A stretch of DNA of 64,000 nucleotides from Diplonema japonicum (taxonomy: Eukaryota; Protista; Euglenozoa: Diplonemea). Of this stretch, positions 1-10,220 are shown in pieces (the stretch's first letter is position 1; each line of letters begins with the position of its first letter). Under the pieces are notes generated by a model. That model saw nothing but the letters and a program-made list of their open reading frames with translations. It was not told where the DNA came from and made no database searches. The stretch is from assembly GCA_964019335.1 (NCBI GenBank), contig OZ025675.1:564177-628176 (forward strand). Reading direction: 5' to 3'. Made by a program: the position numbers and the translations under genes.

Positions 1-3000
1 TTCATCGTTGGTGCAGGTGGCAGGTCCGCCAGTTACCACAATTGTGCTACCAGTGCAAGTGCAGGTGTAGTCACCAGTGGAGCTCGGAGAGCTGTTCGGG
101 TCTTTGCAGTCCTGCCCGGTACCGCAAGGGTTGCTGGTGCATTCATCTTTTGTGCAGGTGGCCGGACCATCGGTCTTCTTCACAGACATGTCATTATCGC
201 AGGTGCAAACGAAATCGTGTAGTTTGTTGGCCGCAGTGTCAGGGTCGTTGCAAGTCTGACCAGTCCCACAAGGAGCAGGCATTGCAGTACACTCGTCGTT
301 GGTGCAGGTGGCGGGACCACCAGTCACCTTGATGGTTGTCCCGGTGCAAGTACAGGTGTAGTCACCAGTGGAGCTAGGTGAAGGGTTCGGGTCGCTGCAG
401 TCCTGTCCAGTCCCACAAGGGTTCGAGGTACACTCGTCCTTCGTGCAAGTGGCGGGACCATCAACCTTCTTCACAGACATGTCGTTGTCACAGGTGCAGG
501 TGAAGTCGTGAAGCTTGTTGGCCGCTGTGTCTGGGTCATTACAGGTCTGACCAGTCCCACAGGGAGCAGGCATTGCAGTGCACTCGTCGTTGGTGCAAGT
601 GGCGGGACCACCAGTAACCTTGATTGTTGTTCCAGTGCAAGTGCAGGTGTAGTCACCAGTGGAACTCGGTGAGTTGTTGGGGTCGTTGCAGTCCTGCCCA
701 GTGCCGCAGGGGCCGGTCGAGCACTCATCCTTCGTGCAGGTGGCCGGACCATCAACCTTCTTCACAGACATGTCATTGTCACAGGTGCAGGTGAAGTCGT
801 GGAGCTTGTTGGCCGCCGTGTCAGGGTCATTGCAGGTTTGACCAGTCCCACAAGGAGCAGGCATTGCAGTGCACTCGTCGTTGGTGCAGGTTGCGGAACC
901 ACCAGTAACCTTGATGGTTGTTCCAGTGCAAGTGCAGGTGTAATCACCAGTGGAGCTGGGTGAGTTGTTGGGGTCGTTGCAGTCCTGTCCAGTTCCACAG
1001 GGGTTGGTCGAACACTCATCCTTCGTGCAAGTAGCCGGACCGTCCGTCTTTACAACCGACTTGTCGTTGTCACAAGTGCAGGTGAAGTCGTGGAGCTTGT
1101 TGGCCGCAGTGTCAGGGTCATTACAGGTCTGACCAGTCCCACAAGGAGCAGGCATTGCCGTGCACTCGTCGTTGGTGCAGGTGGCGGGACCACCAGTAAC
1201 CTTGATGGTTGTTCCAGTACAGGTGCAGGTGTAGTCACCAGTGGAGCTGGGTGAGTTGTTGGGGTCGTTGCAGTCCTGCCCAGTCCCACAGGGGTTGGTC
1301 GAGCACTCATCCTTCGTGCAGGTGGCCGGACCGTCAGTCTTCTTCACCGACTTGTCATTGTCACAGGTGCAGGTGAAGTCGTGAAGCATGTTGGCCGCAG
1401 TGTCAGGGTCATTACAGGTCTGACCAGTCCCACAAGGAGCAGGCATTGCCGTGCACTCGTCGTTGGTGCAGGTGGCCGGACCACCAGTAACCTTGATGTT
1501 CGTCCCGGTGCAAGTGCAGACGTAGTCTCCCGTAGAGCTCGGTGAGGCGTCAAGATCTTTGCAGTCCTGCCCGTTACCGCAAGGGTTGCTGGTACACTCA
1601 TCCTTCGTGCAAGTGGCGGGACCATCAACCTTCTTCACAGACATGTCATTGTCACAGGTGCAGGTGAAGTCGTGGAGCTTGTTGGCCGCTGTGTCAGGGT
1701 CATTGCAAGTCTGACCAGTCCCACAGGGAGCTGGTGTGGCTGTGCACTCGTCGTTGGTACAGGTGGCCGGACCACCAGTAACCTTGATGGTTGTTCCAGT
1801 ACAGGTGCAGGTGTAGTCACCAGTGGAACTGGGTGAGTTGTTGGGGTCGTTGCAGTCCTGCCCGGTCCCACAGGGGTTGGTCGAGCACTCATCCTTCGTG
1901 CAGGTGGCCGGACCGTCCGTCTTCTTCACCGACTTGTCATTGTCACAGGTGCAGGTGAAGTCGTGGAGCTTGTTGGCCGCTGTGTCAGGGTCGTTACAAG
2001 TCTGACCAGTCCCACAAGGAGCAGGCATTGCAGTGCACTCGTCGTTGGTGCAGGTGGCGGGACCACCAGTAACCTTGATTGTTGTTCCAGTACAGGTGCA
2101 GGTGTAGTCACCAGTGGAACTAGGTGCTGTGTCGGGGTCGTTGCAGTCCTGTCCCGTACCGCAAGGGTTGCTGGTGCACTCGTCCTTCGTACAGGTAGCC
2201 GGGCCGTCCGTCTTCTTCACAGACATGTCGTTGTCACAGGTGCAGGTGAAGTCGTGGAGCACGTTTGCAGAGGTGTCGGGGTCCTTGCAGGTCTGACCAG
2301 TCCCACAAGGCTTCGCATCACACTCATCGGTGGTGCAAGAGGCGGGGCCGCCGGTGGTCTTGATCGTTGTACCGGTGCAAGTGCAGGTGTAGTCGCTGGT
2401 AGAACCAGGGGAGGTGTCAGGGTCCTTGCAGTCCTGTCCAGTACCACAGGGGTTCGTGGTGCACTCATCCTTCGTGCAGGTGGCCGGACCGTCCGTCTTC
2501 ACAACACTCATGTCGCTGTCGCAGGTGCAGGTGAAGTCGTGGGACTTGCTGGCCGCAGTGTCGGGGTCGTTGCAGGTCTGCCCGGTACCGCAAGGAGCAG
2601 GGGTCGCTGCGCACTCGTCGATGGTGCAGGTGGGCTGCGAACCGGTCGCCTTCGTCGCCGTGTCAGAGGTACAGGTGCACACGTAGTCGTTGGAGGCGGT
2701 CTGGTCGGGGTCGTTGCAGGTCTGGTCGGAGCCGCACGGGTTGGAAGAGCACTCATCGGTCGTCGGCGGGCTGTTCTTGCACCCAGTGGCCGCCGTGTTG
2801 GGTTTCCCGACGTTCTTGAAGTAGTCCTTTCCTGCTCCCATGCTTCCGAAGTTTCCTGCGCTGAAGTAGTTGCACATGAAGTACACGCTGGTCATCGAGC
2901 CCGACTTCACGTGGCACAGGGCGCACCCGATCTCAGTGCTGTCCTTCCAAGCGACCTGTGTCATGTGTCCCGTTGTACCGGTGTTCGAGGCCGTGTCGTA

Positions 3001-3669
3001 GTTCCAGCATCCCTCCTCACCGCAGAACCAGGAGTTCGTCCCGTCGGCCGTGTCGTAGTCGTGGACCATTGTCTGGCCGCCGACCATCGCGATGTTCTCG
3101 CCATAGCGCACCCCGTTGTTGCTGGGGGGGCTGTTGTGGGTGAGGGAGCCGGAGGAACAGGTTTTGGTGAAACCCTGACTGCTGATGGTGTATGAGGCGA
3201 TGGTGTTGCTGTAGGTGAGGGGACAGGCCCCGTGCTTGGCGCGAAGCTCGTTGTGCTTGTTGAGCACCTGGTCAATCTGCCACTGCGAGAGCTCCGTGTA
3301 GCAAGGGGTCCCCGTCGCAGCACCGCACTTCCCTGACCTTGGGGGTGCGGGTGTTGCCTTCTCGTCGTAGGTCCCAGGGGCACAGGAGCAAGCCTTGCAC
3401 CCACCCATGTTCACGAGCTGCGGGCAGTCATAGTTGCCGTTCAGGAGGTCCTGGCACTTGTAGCCGCTGAACTCGTCTGTGCAGCTGCTGGCTCCCCCTG
3501 GCTTCTGGCACCACGCGAGCTTCGAGTCGCAGGCACCGCTTAACATTGCATCCCTCGACCCGTCCATCAGGTTGGACACCTCACGGCGTCCTATTGTCAG
3601 GTTGTACGGATTTTCAGCTGAGAACACTGCCATGCTGCCAACAAAGGCAGTTGCGAGGAACGCTGCCAT
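1..3669 (-). CDS. CAP (SCP/PR-1) domain + tandem EGF-like repeat surface protein, paralog A (5' part; runs off the left edge)
   Basis: ATG at 3669 (MAAFLATAFVG..., signal-peptide-like). The reading frame at 3669 matches the repeat frame at position 1, and the ORF track misses it because no stop lies in the window. CAP motifs HNELRAKHG, YGENIA, GHMTQVAW and MCNY are followed by alternating 6-Cys units (DEC..PCG.GQ.C.DP....D[FY].CTC....GPATC) with a ~291 bp period. Co-linear with the gene starting at 20624. Confidence 0.9.
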   Translation of the reverse strand, partial: MAAFLATAFVGSMAVFSAENPYNLTIGRREVSNLMDGSRDAMLSGACDSKLAWCQKPGGASSCTDEFSGYKCQDLLNGNYDCPQLVNMGGCKACSCAPGTYDEKATPAPPRSGKCGAATGTPCYTELSQWQIDQVLNKHNELRAKHGACPLTYSNTIASYTISSQGFTKTCSSGSLTHNSPPSNNGVRYGENIAMVGGQTMVHDYDTADGTNSWFCGEEGCWNYDTASNTGTTGHMTQVAWKDSTEIGCALCHVKSGSMTSVYFMCNYFSAGNFGSMGAGKDYFKNVGKPNTAATGCKNSPPTTDECSSNPCGSDQTCNDPDQTASNDYVCTCTSDTATKATGSQPTCTIDECAATPAPCGTGQTCNDPDTAASKSHDFTCTCDSDMSVVKTDGPATCTKDECTTNPCGTGQDCKDPDTSPGSTSDYTCTCTGTTIKTTGGPASCTTDECDAKPCGTGQTCKDPDTSANVLHDFTCTCDNDMSVKKTDGPATCTKDECTSNPCGTGQDCNDPDTAPSSTGDYTCTCTGTTIKVTGGPATCTNDECTAMPAPCGTGQTCNDPDTAANKLHDFTCTCDNDKSVKKTDGPATCTKDECSTNPCGTGQDCNDPNNSPSSTGDYTCTCTGTTIKVTGGPATCTNDECTATPAPCGTGQTCNDPDTAANKLHDFTCTCDNDMSVKKVDGPATCTKDECTSNPCGNGQDCKDLDASPSSTGDYVCTCTGTNIKVTGGPATCTNDECTAMPAPCGTGQTCNDPDTAANMLHDFTCTCDNDKSVKKTDGPATCTKDECSTNPCGTGQDCNDPNNSPSSTGDYTCTCTGTTIKVTGGPATCTNDECTAMPAPCGTGQTCNDPDTAANKLHDFTCTCDNDKSVVKTDGPATCTKDECSTNPCGTGQDCNDPNNSPSSTGDYTCTCTGTTIKVTGGSATCTNDECTAMPAPCGTGQTCNDPDTAANKLHDFTCTCDNDMSVKKVDGPATCTKDECSTGPCGTGQDCNDPNNSPSSTGDYTCTCTGTTIKVTGGPATCTNDECTAMPAPCGTGQTCNDPDTAANKLHDFTCTCDNDMSVKKVDGPATCTKDECTSNPCGTGQDCSDPNPSPSSTGDYTCTCTGTTIKVTGGPATCTNDECTAMPAPCGTGQTCNDPDTAANKLHDFVCTCDNDMSVKKTDGPATCTKDECTSNPCGTGQDCKDPNSSPSSTGDYTCTCTGSTIVVTGGPATCTNDE

Positions 3670-4169
3670 CCTTTTTTTTATACTTTTTTTTTCCTTCTTT
3701 TTTTTCTTTTCAGGTGTATTACGCCCTAATGGTGAAATGCGGTGTGACCATGAGATGGCAGAAAGTGTGAAGAAATAGACATTGGCCTAGCTCGGTAGTT
3801 ACTGCAAAACGAAATTGCTGTAGTTCCTACAGGTGTCTCAACTAGCAGTAGAAGTAAGCGGCGGAAGCGTTTCTACAAAATAAGAAAAAAAGAGGAAGAC
3901 ATGGAACATTACACGCAAAAATAAAAGAAATAGGAGAGCAAGGAGAGGCGACAAGGAAAAAAGGGGGAAAGAGAAGAAAAAAATAAGAAGAAAAGATATA
4001 TGAGTTAAAGGAAGTCTTTGTGAGACGCCCCCTTGTTCTCATCTTCTACCTGCACCTATCCCCTTTCAGCAGCGGTTTCTCCTCCTTTGGTGGTCTTGCC
4101 GGCCTTCTCCCCAGCCTGGCCGCTCTTTCTCTTCGTTCTCTCGCCCATTGTCCTTTCAACGCCTCTAGG

Positions 4170-7100
4170 TCATGCTTGGTGGGATATCGCCCTCCTGTTC
4201 CATTCGATCACCGCCTTTGTCCTCCCGATGGATCGTAGTGTGTGCACCCTTGTGCTCGGCTCAGCTGGGAAGGCCCTCCTTCCTTTCACCTTCTTCAGTA
4301 CCCTCCCTAGCTCCCATGTGTGCCAGATCTTCTTCATCAGTCCATGCAATCTCCTCACTTTCTGCTGTACTTCTGCGAGATCCCCCAGCTTCCCTCCAAG
4401 GGTCTTCCCGGTCACGTTCTCGAAATCCAGTGCCAGCTCCACCGTCGACACTGACGTGTTCCTGCTGCCTGCATACCAGCGCAGTTGCCGTATCCACCTC
4501 AGCACCTCCTTCGTGTACTCCCGTAGGACATCCCCTGCCGGTAGCTTGCCGAAGTCCTTGTCCGACGGTACTGGGTGTTCTTGACCTTGTGTGATCTCCA
4601 GCCACTGGTGTGTGTGGTACACCTCCTGCCTCTTCGCTTGTAGGGCTGCGTCCCGCTCCCCCACCACCGCCAGCAGGTACCTCTGCGTTCCTTCGAGCCT
4701 TTCCCTGACATCCTTCCCTGCTCCCCTTGGCAGGATGCCATGCAGCTTCGTACACGGTTCCAGCCCCCTGCGCGTCATGCCTTCGTGTTCTTCCCGCTGT
4801 TGCACTTCCTTGGCCTTTTCGCACTCCCACAGTGCGTGCTCCAGCATGTTGGGCAGCTGTTGCTCCTGACCGCAGATGTCGCAGTGTGCCGTCGTGGGTT
4901 TGGCCTGCTTAGCTTCTTGCTTCCTCGCCTCCGCAATCAGCCACTTTTCGGTGTCCTGTCCTTTCTCTTCTTCTTCTTCTTGTTCATCTTCAGCCTCGTC
5001 TTCATCCTCGTCTTCTTCTCCTTCCGCCATCGGGATGTGCTCCACCGTGTCCGTGCGCCATCCCCGTGGGTTGATGTAGAACACTGCCCCCGAGATGATC
5101 CTTCGCACGTCCCTTGCTGCAATCGGGTCCGTCACCACCAGCTTCCTCCACAGCGCGTTGGTCTCCGCTGCTGCCGCAGCTTCCATGCCCCCCATGGTGC
5201 TCCGTTTGCTCATGATTTCCTGTGCTTCCGCCCGCCTGAGTCGGTCCCTGATGTAGTGCTTGTAGGGCTCCAGTGCGTGGGTGTCCTTCAGCTGTGCCCA
5301 GCTTAACTTGATCTGAGGCAGCCACCTTTCCATCATGATGCCCACCGGTCCCAGCGGTATCTTCTTCCCGCTGTACCGTTTGGCAATGGCGTCGCAGCGT
5401 GTCCACAGCTTGTCGTCCTTCTTGCAGGCTCTGTATAGGAGCATAAGTGCTCTGTATGCGGCTGTCATCTGTGGGTGGCTCGTGTGTCCCGGCAGTGTCA
5501 CGGATAGTACTGTGCCTGGGTTCCTGGTGCAGTACTTCTGCCCCCAGAGCGCGTACGTGGTCTCCTTCACCAGCGTGGCCATTTGTCCCGTTTTCGGCGG
5601 TGAGAATGGGCAGTCGTAGAGGCAGCTCGGTAGGATCGTGCTGCTGATGATCTTCGCCTTCTGCTGAAAGGACAACGGCGTTGCTCCCAGCCTGCTCAGC
5701 GTCCCGAGTGCCTCCGCCGTCCTGTCGCCGTTGGTTTGCGGCCTGCCGTCTGTCCGCAGCTTGGCTCCCAGTACTCCTACAGTCCGTGTCGGCTGCAGTT
5801 CCTCGCCTTTCACCTTCACCTCCGGTGTCTTCCTGTTCACTGCAAAGGTCTTCGTCTTCCTGGTGTTGAGCTTCATCCCCACCTGTTTGCAGAAGGCTTC
5901 CACTGCGTCTACGCATTCCTGCAACGCCGCACCGAGCCGTGCCAAGAGGTATGCATCGTCCGCGTAAGACAGCGAGCGGACCCCTGTGTCGTTCTCCACC
6001 TGCTTCATTAGTACCGCCAACAGCGCGTTGATGAGTACCACTGAAATCGGGCATCCCTGAAGGATTCCATTGGTTGTGTGGAACTCCTCCCCCACGCCTG
6101 CTGCGTACCTGAACCGTCTTCGCATGCCTGCGTACATTCCTTTCAGTGCCCTGAGGATGCCTGTGTCCATGCCCATGTCCTCCACCAGCTCCAGAACCAG
6201 CTGTTGCGGTACACTGTCAAAGCATTTCGCAAAGTCGAGTGCCACCCCGACTAGCGGTTTCCCCTCCAGAATGGATTCTTCGATGTCAAGGGCGAGGTCC
6301 AAAAGTGCGTCCTCTGTCCCGAAACCAGTGCGGAATCCGTATTGCTTGTCGTGTATCCATTTCTCCTGCCAGATGAGGATATCAGACAGTCGCGCGCATG
6401 CCCAGAGTCTGTACACCGCAGATGTGACTGTGATAGGCCTGTGCTCCAGTGGTCCCGCATCGTCGCACTTCGGTACGAGGGTAACCAGTGCCGTTTTCAT
6501 GGCTTCCGGCCACCTCCCCGTTGCTTCGATCGCATGGAAGAGCATCGCCCAGGCGTCTAGTACTGACTCTGGTAGTTTCCGTAGCTCTAGCATCCTCCAC
6601 CCGTCGATGCCTGCCGCGCTTTTCTTGCTTTTCTTTCTGAGCACTTCCCTCAGCCTTGCTCCCGTCAGTTGTGTCCTCTCCATCTCATGCCGTTGCACGA
6701 ACTTGCTGTACTTTGCCTTGAAGGGGGCATAGAGGGGCTCCGGTCGGGACTCGTATTTCGCAAAGACGGTCTTCCACGCCTTGCGCATGACGCTGTCGAT
6801 CAGTCCGGGGGACGCAAAGAGCACCATCCCTTCCTTGACCGCCCTGGTTCCGTCGCTTTGACGTTTGCCTTTCGCGACTTTTACCAGTCTTGTTGTCTCG
6901 CGTCCTGCTGCAACCTCGGCCAGGTATTCTCGTCTCCGTGACGTGTTCGCCTCGGTCCTTTTCTTCCGTTCCTCAGCTGCAATTGCGTCTTCCATGTTCA
7001 GCGCTGCTGCCAGCATGTCCTCTATGAGAACAGCGTCGTGCGGCACCGGTTCAGCTGGTACTGCCAGAGCCTTTGCTTCCCTGTTCACGTTTCTTATCGT

Positions 7101-7220
7101 GTTCAGGGTCGGCTTGCTTAGCCCCTTGTCCTCAACTGCTTGCTCGAGCTGTTGTTGCAGTGTCCGCGTCTTGAGCTTCAGCTTTTCCAGTCGCGCTTGC
7201 CATGTTGTAGCTGCACCCAC
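4170..7220 (-). CDS. Retroelement reverse transcriptase
   Basis: Motifs AAGIDGW, HRPITV, QYGFR, LDFAKCFDSV, GILQGCPIS, YADD and MKLNTRKT. Downstream CDIC...HALWEC zinc-binding-like motif and ELALDFE. Confidence 0.95.
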   Translation of the reverse strand: MGAATTWQARLEKLKLKTRTLQQQLEQAVEDKGLSKPTLNTIRNVNREAKALAVPAEPVPHDAVLIEDMLAAALNMEDAIAAEERKKRTEANTSRRREYLAEVAAGRETTRLVKVAKGKRQSDGTRAVKEGMVLFASPGLIDSVMRKAWKTVFAKYESRPEPLYAPFKAKYSKFVQRHEMERTQLTGARLREVLRKKSKKSAAGIDGWRMLELRKLPESVLDAWAMLFHAIEATGRWPEAMKTALVTLVPKCDDAGPLEHRPITVTSAVYRLWACARLSDILIWQEKWIHDKQYGFRTGFGTEDALLDLALDIEESILEGKPLVGVALDFAKCFDSVPQQLVLELVEDMGMDTGILRALKGMYAGMRRRFRYAAGVGEEFHTTNGILQGCPISVVLINALLAVLMKQVENDTGVRSLSYADDAYLLARLGAALQECVDAVEAFCKQVGMKLNTRKTKTFAVNRKTPEVKVKGEELQPTRTVGVLGAKLRTDGRPQTNGDRTAEALGTLSRLGATPLSFQQKAKIISSTILPSCLYDCPFSPPKTGQMATLVKETTYALWGQKYCTRNPGTVLSVTLPGHTSHPQMTAAYRALMLLYRACKKDDKLWTRCDAIAKRYSGKKIPLGPVGIMMERWLPQIKLSWAQLKDTHALEPYKHYIRDRLRRAEAQEIMSKRSTMGGMEAAAAAETNALWRKLVVTDPIAARDVRRIISGAVFYINPRGWRTDTVEHIPMAEGEEDEDEDEAEDEQEEEEEKGQDTEKWLIAEARKQEAKQAKPTTAHCDICGQEQQLPNMLEHALWECEKAKEVQQREEHEGMTRRGLEPCTKLHGILPRGAGKDVRERLEGTQRYLLAVVGERDAALQAKRQEVYHTHQWLEITQGQEHPVPSDKDFGKLPAGDVLREYTKEVLRWIRQLRWYAGSRNTSVSTVELALDFENVTGKTLGGKLGDLAEVQQKVRRLHGLMKKIWHTWELGRVLKKVKGRRAFPAEPSTRVHTLRSIGRTKAVIEWNRRAISHQA

Positions 7221-8358
7221 CGTTCCCGTCGTCGTCCTTTGTGCTGGTGTGTTTGCCTCTTCCGACGTACGCTGCCCTCCCCGGCGTCCCCACTGGTTGG
7301 TCTATGAGGAGGTCTTCGGTGCACCGGGAGAGGGTCTCGAAGGCTTTTGTTATATTTCCTTCGTGCAGGTACTGTCGGAATCCGGCTGCTTCCACTGCTT
7401 CGGCTCCTTGTTCTTCCGTTGGCTCATCTGCCGTCTCCAGACCCCTCGGCAGCATGTATCGTTGTACCGTCATCCTGAATCTGTCGAGCTCAAGTGCAAC
7501 CGTCAGTGTCCGGTGATCCGTCCCCTTGATCGCTTGGTTCACTTGGCATCCGGTGATGGCCGGTACTGCCTCCGGACTTGCCAGTATCCTGTCGATCCGC
7601 GTGGCGCAGTTCTCCCGTACAAACGTTGGATCAGGTTGTTTCCCTCTCCATTTTGCGCATAGGTCCGCTGTGTCCGCCCATCCTGCCTGCAGTGCCTTCC
7701 GCAGTTCCGGGGATCTTGCCTCGTCGGTGTTGAAGTCGCCAACGACGAGTATTGGCACATTGCCGAGCTCCTTCGCCTTCTTCCGCAGGATGTAGTGGAG
7801 GAGGGTCTCCCTCTTTGCGGTCTCTTCACGTCCTGTTCCTGCCGGGCAGTATATCGATATGATATGTAGCCATCTGCGTTTGCCATCGATTGCAACCTGA
7901 GTGTGCAGCCACCTCCTGCGTTGTTCTTCAGATTGGTCGTTGGTGTCCAGAGAACCTGGCAATGCTGTCCTGGGTTCTCGGATTAGGGTTGCCAGTCCTC
8001 CCCTCTGAGCTACCCAGTTCGAAGCGATTCCCTCCACCTTCCTTCCCGGCTGCGGCGGTCCCCACATCGGCTTCCACTTCTTCTTCGTCTTCTTCCCGAG
8101 CTCCCGCTCCATCTCCTGCTGCCCAGCTAAGGTCAGCGCCGTCTCCTGCGTGCAGATCACGTCGACGTCCAGCTTCGTCGTAACCTCCTCTATTTGGTTG
8201 CGTAGGGAGGCCACGTTCACTGTCGACACGTACATGTTGGGCCCAGGGTTCGGATGTATCCCCTGCGCCGTGAGCCTCGCGAAGTCCTCTTCCTCCTCTG
8301 ACCCCGGTTTCCGCCTCCCCGTTTTCAGTTGGGGAGGTTTCCAATGCAGCTCACGCAT
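7132..8358 (-). CDS. Retroelement apurinic-like endonuclease (EEP fold) preceded by a 2A-like peptide
   Basis: Motifs TVNVASL, ICTQET, SIYCPAG, VGDFN, RIDRIL and TDHRTL. GIHPNPGP lies immediately upstream of the APE domain. Confidence 0.9.
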   Translation of the reverse strand: MRELHWKPPQLKTGRRKPGSEEEEDFARLTAQGIHPNPGPNMYVSTVNVASLRNQIEEVTTKLDVDVICTQETALTLAGQQEMERELGKKTKKKWKPMWGPPQPGRKVEGIASNWVAQRGGLATLIREPRTALPGSLDTNDQSEEQRRRWLHTQVAIDGKRRWLHIISIYCPAGTGREETAKRETLLHYILRKKAKELGNVPILVVGDFNTDEARSPELRKALQAGWADTADLCAKWRGKQPDPTFVRENCATRIDRILASPEAVPAITGCQVNQAIKGTDHRTLTVALELDRFRMTVQRYMLPRGLETADEPTEEQGAEAVEAAGFRQYLHEGNITKAFETLSRCTEDLLIDQPVGTPGRAAYVGRGKHTSTKDDDGNGGCSYNMASATGKAEAQDADTATTARASS

Positions 8359-8701
8359 TGTTCCCGCCTGCAGCAAAAGAAAAAGGAGAGGAAAGAGAAG
8401 CGTGGTGGGGAATGCTTTTCTTTTTTCTTTCCTTTTATTTCTTTTTTTTTTCTTCCACCATTTCTTTTCTTCCGGGAAGAAAGGGGAACACCCAAAAAAA
8501 AAAAGAAAAAGACGATTAGAGTCAACCGGTAGAACAACAGGTAGAAAAATATTTGTAAACGTTCAAAGAGAAAAAGACACCGCAGGGCATGAGGACCCTC
8601 TGAAGTGGCAACACGTGACGATCCTGTCGACCATATCAACTGGTGACCTGTGTCCCTGACCGAGGCATACTCAAAAATGGCAAATCACCGGGAGAATCCC
8701 T

Positions 8702-8960
8702 CTATGATAAGAAACGAAGTGGTTAGCAAAGGCCCACCGCGGTGGCGTGCCTACCATATGATCGTTCCCTGCTACTCCGTGTCGCTTGCAGCGTTTCTAG
8801 GATAAGCTTGATCTTCACCGCCTTCTTGTGACGTTAATCGTTGCCCCCCAACGTCTTCTACGTGTAGCCTCCGAAGGCAGTCGCTAGCTAGATCGCCGAC
8901 ACGGACGCCACCTCAGCACCTGATCACCATACTCCCTGAGCTGCGGGGTCAGCTTGACCT
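8702..8960 (-). mobile_element. Decayed 3' remnant of the same LINE group, with 3' tail
   Basis: Minus-strand translation fragments LREYGDQVLRW, VSAI*LATAF and KTLG resemble LREYTKEVLRW..VSTVELALDF..KTLG of the full copy. The tail at 8702-8770 recurs at 30213-30248 and 46872-46936. Confidence 0.6.
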
Positions 8961-10094
8961 TTTGCTCCTGACCAGACAGGTAAATACTTCCTTCTTCCGC
9001 ACCTTCAATGCGTAAAAAAGTTTTTTATTCACTCCCCCCCCCCCCCCCCCCCCCCGCAAATCACTATTGTTCCGGGTGAAAATATTTTCTTGGTTTTACA
9101 GCCTGGGGTTTTAAAAAAAAAGAATTTAAAAAAAAAAGGAAATTCTTCTGTATCTGAGAACACGGACTGCCAAATAGGCGGGGGGGGGGGGGGGGGGATT
9201 GTTTTTTTTTCATGATTTCTTCCTTCCTTTATTAGACCATCCAGCTGTTGTGTGCCAGTAGCTTTCGAAAATCCAAGATACGGACAACGATATGCGAGGC
9301 AAACACAAGAATCAACAAAGATTTCTCTTTCTATGGGATACTGTTCTAAAAAGGAAATAAAAGAGAAAGGAAAGAGAGAGAGAGAGAGAGAGAGGAGGTG
9401 GGGGTCAAAAGAAAAAAGATTTGATTACTTTTTTTTTTATTTTTTCCCCCTTCTTTACATCCAATTGTATAACAAAAAAAAAATTAGCGAACTACCACTG
9501 TTTCTTGACTTTTTATACCCATTTATAACAGCAGAGGGGGGGGAGAAAAAGACACAGAATCCTACAAATGGGTCCCGTAAATCGATTTTTCTGAGTCTAA
9601 TATTTTATTTTAACCACTAAACCCACATGTCATATTTTTATGACATAAAAAGAAAAAAGAAAAAAAAAATCCATAGACTTTCACTTTTTTGGCGCCATTG
9701 CTTTGTTTGGCTAAATGCTGCCCTTTTTCAGCATTATTCTAAGAACTTGAGAGGTCTAAAATCCGGGAAAAAGTGACAATGAGGAATACCCGACTCCACT
9801 TGAAGGGGGGCATCGCTGTGATCTTCAGGAGCCCGAAACACCAAGTACCAGAAACCGATAGGCCAGAGAGGTGTTTGACGCCAGAGAGGTGTGAATCGCA
9901 AGTTTTCTTTTATTGCATTTTAGTATTTATTTTCCACTTTTTTTTTTTTTACTTCTTTTTCCCCCCTTTACCAAACAGGGTCAAAAAATCATAAGGTCAA
10001 AAGCCGAGTTCAGGGCCTGAATGTCTCCAGAGGTCACTTCTCCATAAAAGAATACTTTGTATGGTTAAATACTGCCATTTTTTTTTTATTTTAT

Positions 10095-10220
10095 TATTTC
10101 ATTCTTCGTCATTTTCTTCACTCACTAGGGGACTCATTATTTAACGCGAAATGGCCATTATTTAAGTAGTTAAATAATGAGATTTTGGAGTTAAATTATG
10201 GGGCCTCAGAGTGAAAAAAT
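10095..10220 (-). repeat. Partial copy of the asymmetric-IR non-autonomous element (see 20841-21412)
   Basis: Matches the reverse complement of ~21245-21410 (tatttcattcttcgtcattttcttcactcactagggg...). Confidence 0.75.

Larger units (their letters stand above)
4030..8370 (-). mobile_element. Non-LTR retrotransposon (APE endonuclease + reverse transcriptase + C-terminal Cys/His motif), frameshifted
   Basis: APE ORF 7132-8376 and RT ORF 4170-7220 overlap out of frame. No LTRs. The C-terminus matches other copies in the window. Boundaries are approximate. Confidence 0.93.

Noticed and set aside
8702-8770. HDV-like or hammerhead ribozyme
   Set aside because: GCTAA is present, but I could not build the nested double pseudoknot or a hammerhead core. 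It also lies at a LINE 3' end and not a 5' end.
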